Shown in pieces: positions 63,771-64,000 of a stretch of DNA of 64,000 bases. Both the position numbers and the translations under genes were made by a program. Position 1 is the first letter of the stretch; each line of letters starts with the position of its first letter. Source of the DNA: Tortispora ganteri (taxonomy: Eukaryota). The stretch is taken from contig PPNB01000002.1 in NCBI GenBank assembly GCA_003707115.1, positions 186,001-250,000 of the forward strand, read 5' to 3'. Under the pieces are notes generated by a model. The model ran no database searches and was not told where the DNA came from. It saw only the letters and a list, made by a program, of their open reading frames with translations.

Positions 63771-64000
63771 CTACGTCACTGCAGGAAGAACTGTGCCTTC
63801 GACAGTACCAAATCCAACCAGTCCAGTCATTGCATCCCCGGCAACAGCACTAAATGTAACCGTGTCGCCATCCTCCAGGAACCGCCGAGTGGCGTTCCCG
63901 ATCACAATGTCTTGCTTGCCGCCTTGTGATAGTTCCAGCATCGAACCTTCTGTGCCTCGCTCGGCCCCGGAAATCGTGCCTGATCCAAGTAGATCGCCCA
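63771..64000 (-). CDS. Fumarylacetoacetase, 3' end; runs off the window end
   Basis: Not in the ORF track. Manual translation gives GDLLGSGTISG...GSMLELSQGGK...RRFLEDGDTVTF...VGFG.VEGTVLPAVT*, with stop TAG at 63773-63771. Confidence 0.9.
   Translation of the reverse strand, partial: GDLLGSGTISGAERGTEGSMLELSQGGKQDIVIGNATRRFLEDGDTVTFSAVAGDAMTGLVGFGTVEGTVLPAVT

Noticed and set aside
1..64000. Alternative CUG decoding (Ser or Ala clades)
   Set aside because: CTG occupies conserved Leu positions in Msh2 (SQLKG) and Pol2 (ELDTDG), which supports the standard code.

Overview
This window is a gene-dense, intron-poor stretch of an ascomycete yeast (Saccharomycotina-like) nuclear chromosome. It uses the standard genetic code: CTG encodes conserved Leu in Msh2 SQLKG and Pol2 ELDTDG. 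It holds 30 protein-coding genes, two of them truncated by the window edges and absent from the ORF track (VPS16 at the left, fumarylacetoacetase at the right). Most are housekeeping genes: MTC2-like, OHCU decarboxylase, CAB2, DGR2/WDR44-like, SWD2, OAC1, a 2OG-Fe(II) dioxygenase, MKT1, MUB1, MSH2, LDB17, RPS26, a CBS-PB1 protein, PSE1, POL2, MSC2, EMA19/TMEM97, an LRR protein, two Zn2Cys6 factors, MRX15, PDX1, QRI7, DST1, an NDUFAF7-type methyltransferase, a cysteine synthase, CAB4, FUN30 and NSRP1. Three short spliceosomal introns (53-66 nt, GTAAGT...CTAAC...AG) correct the ORF-track starts. I found no tRNA, rRNA, transposon or CRISPR array, and I cannot support a clearly novel biological system. 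The best leads are two possibly structured intergenic elements, tandem repeats that fill the spacers between convergent genes, a possible deeply conserved DGR2-OAC1-MUB1 linkage, and several uncharacterised proteins. All family assignments come from motif recognition by eye, not from database searches.
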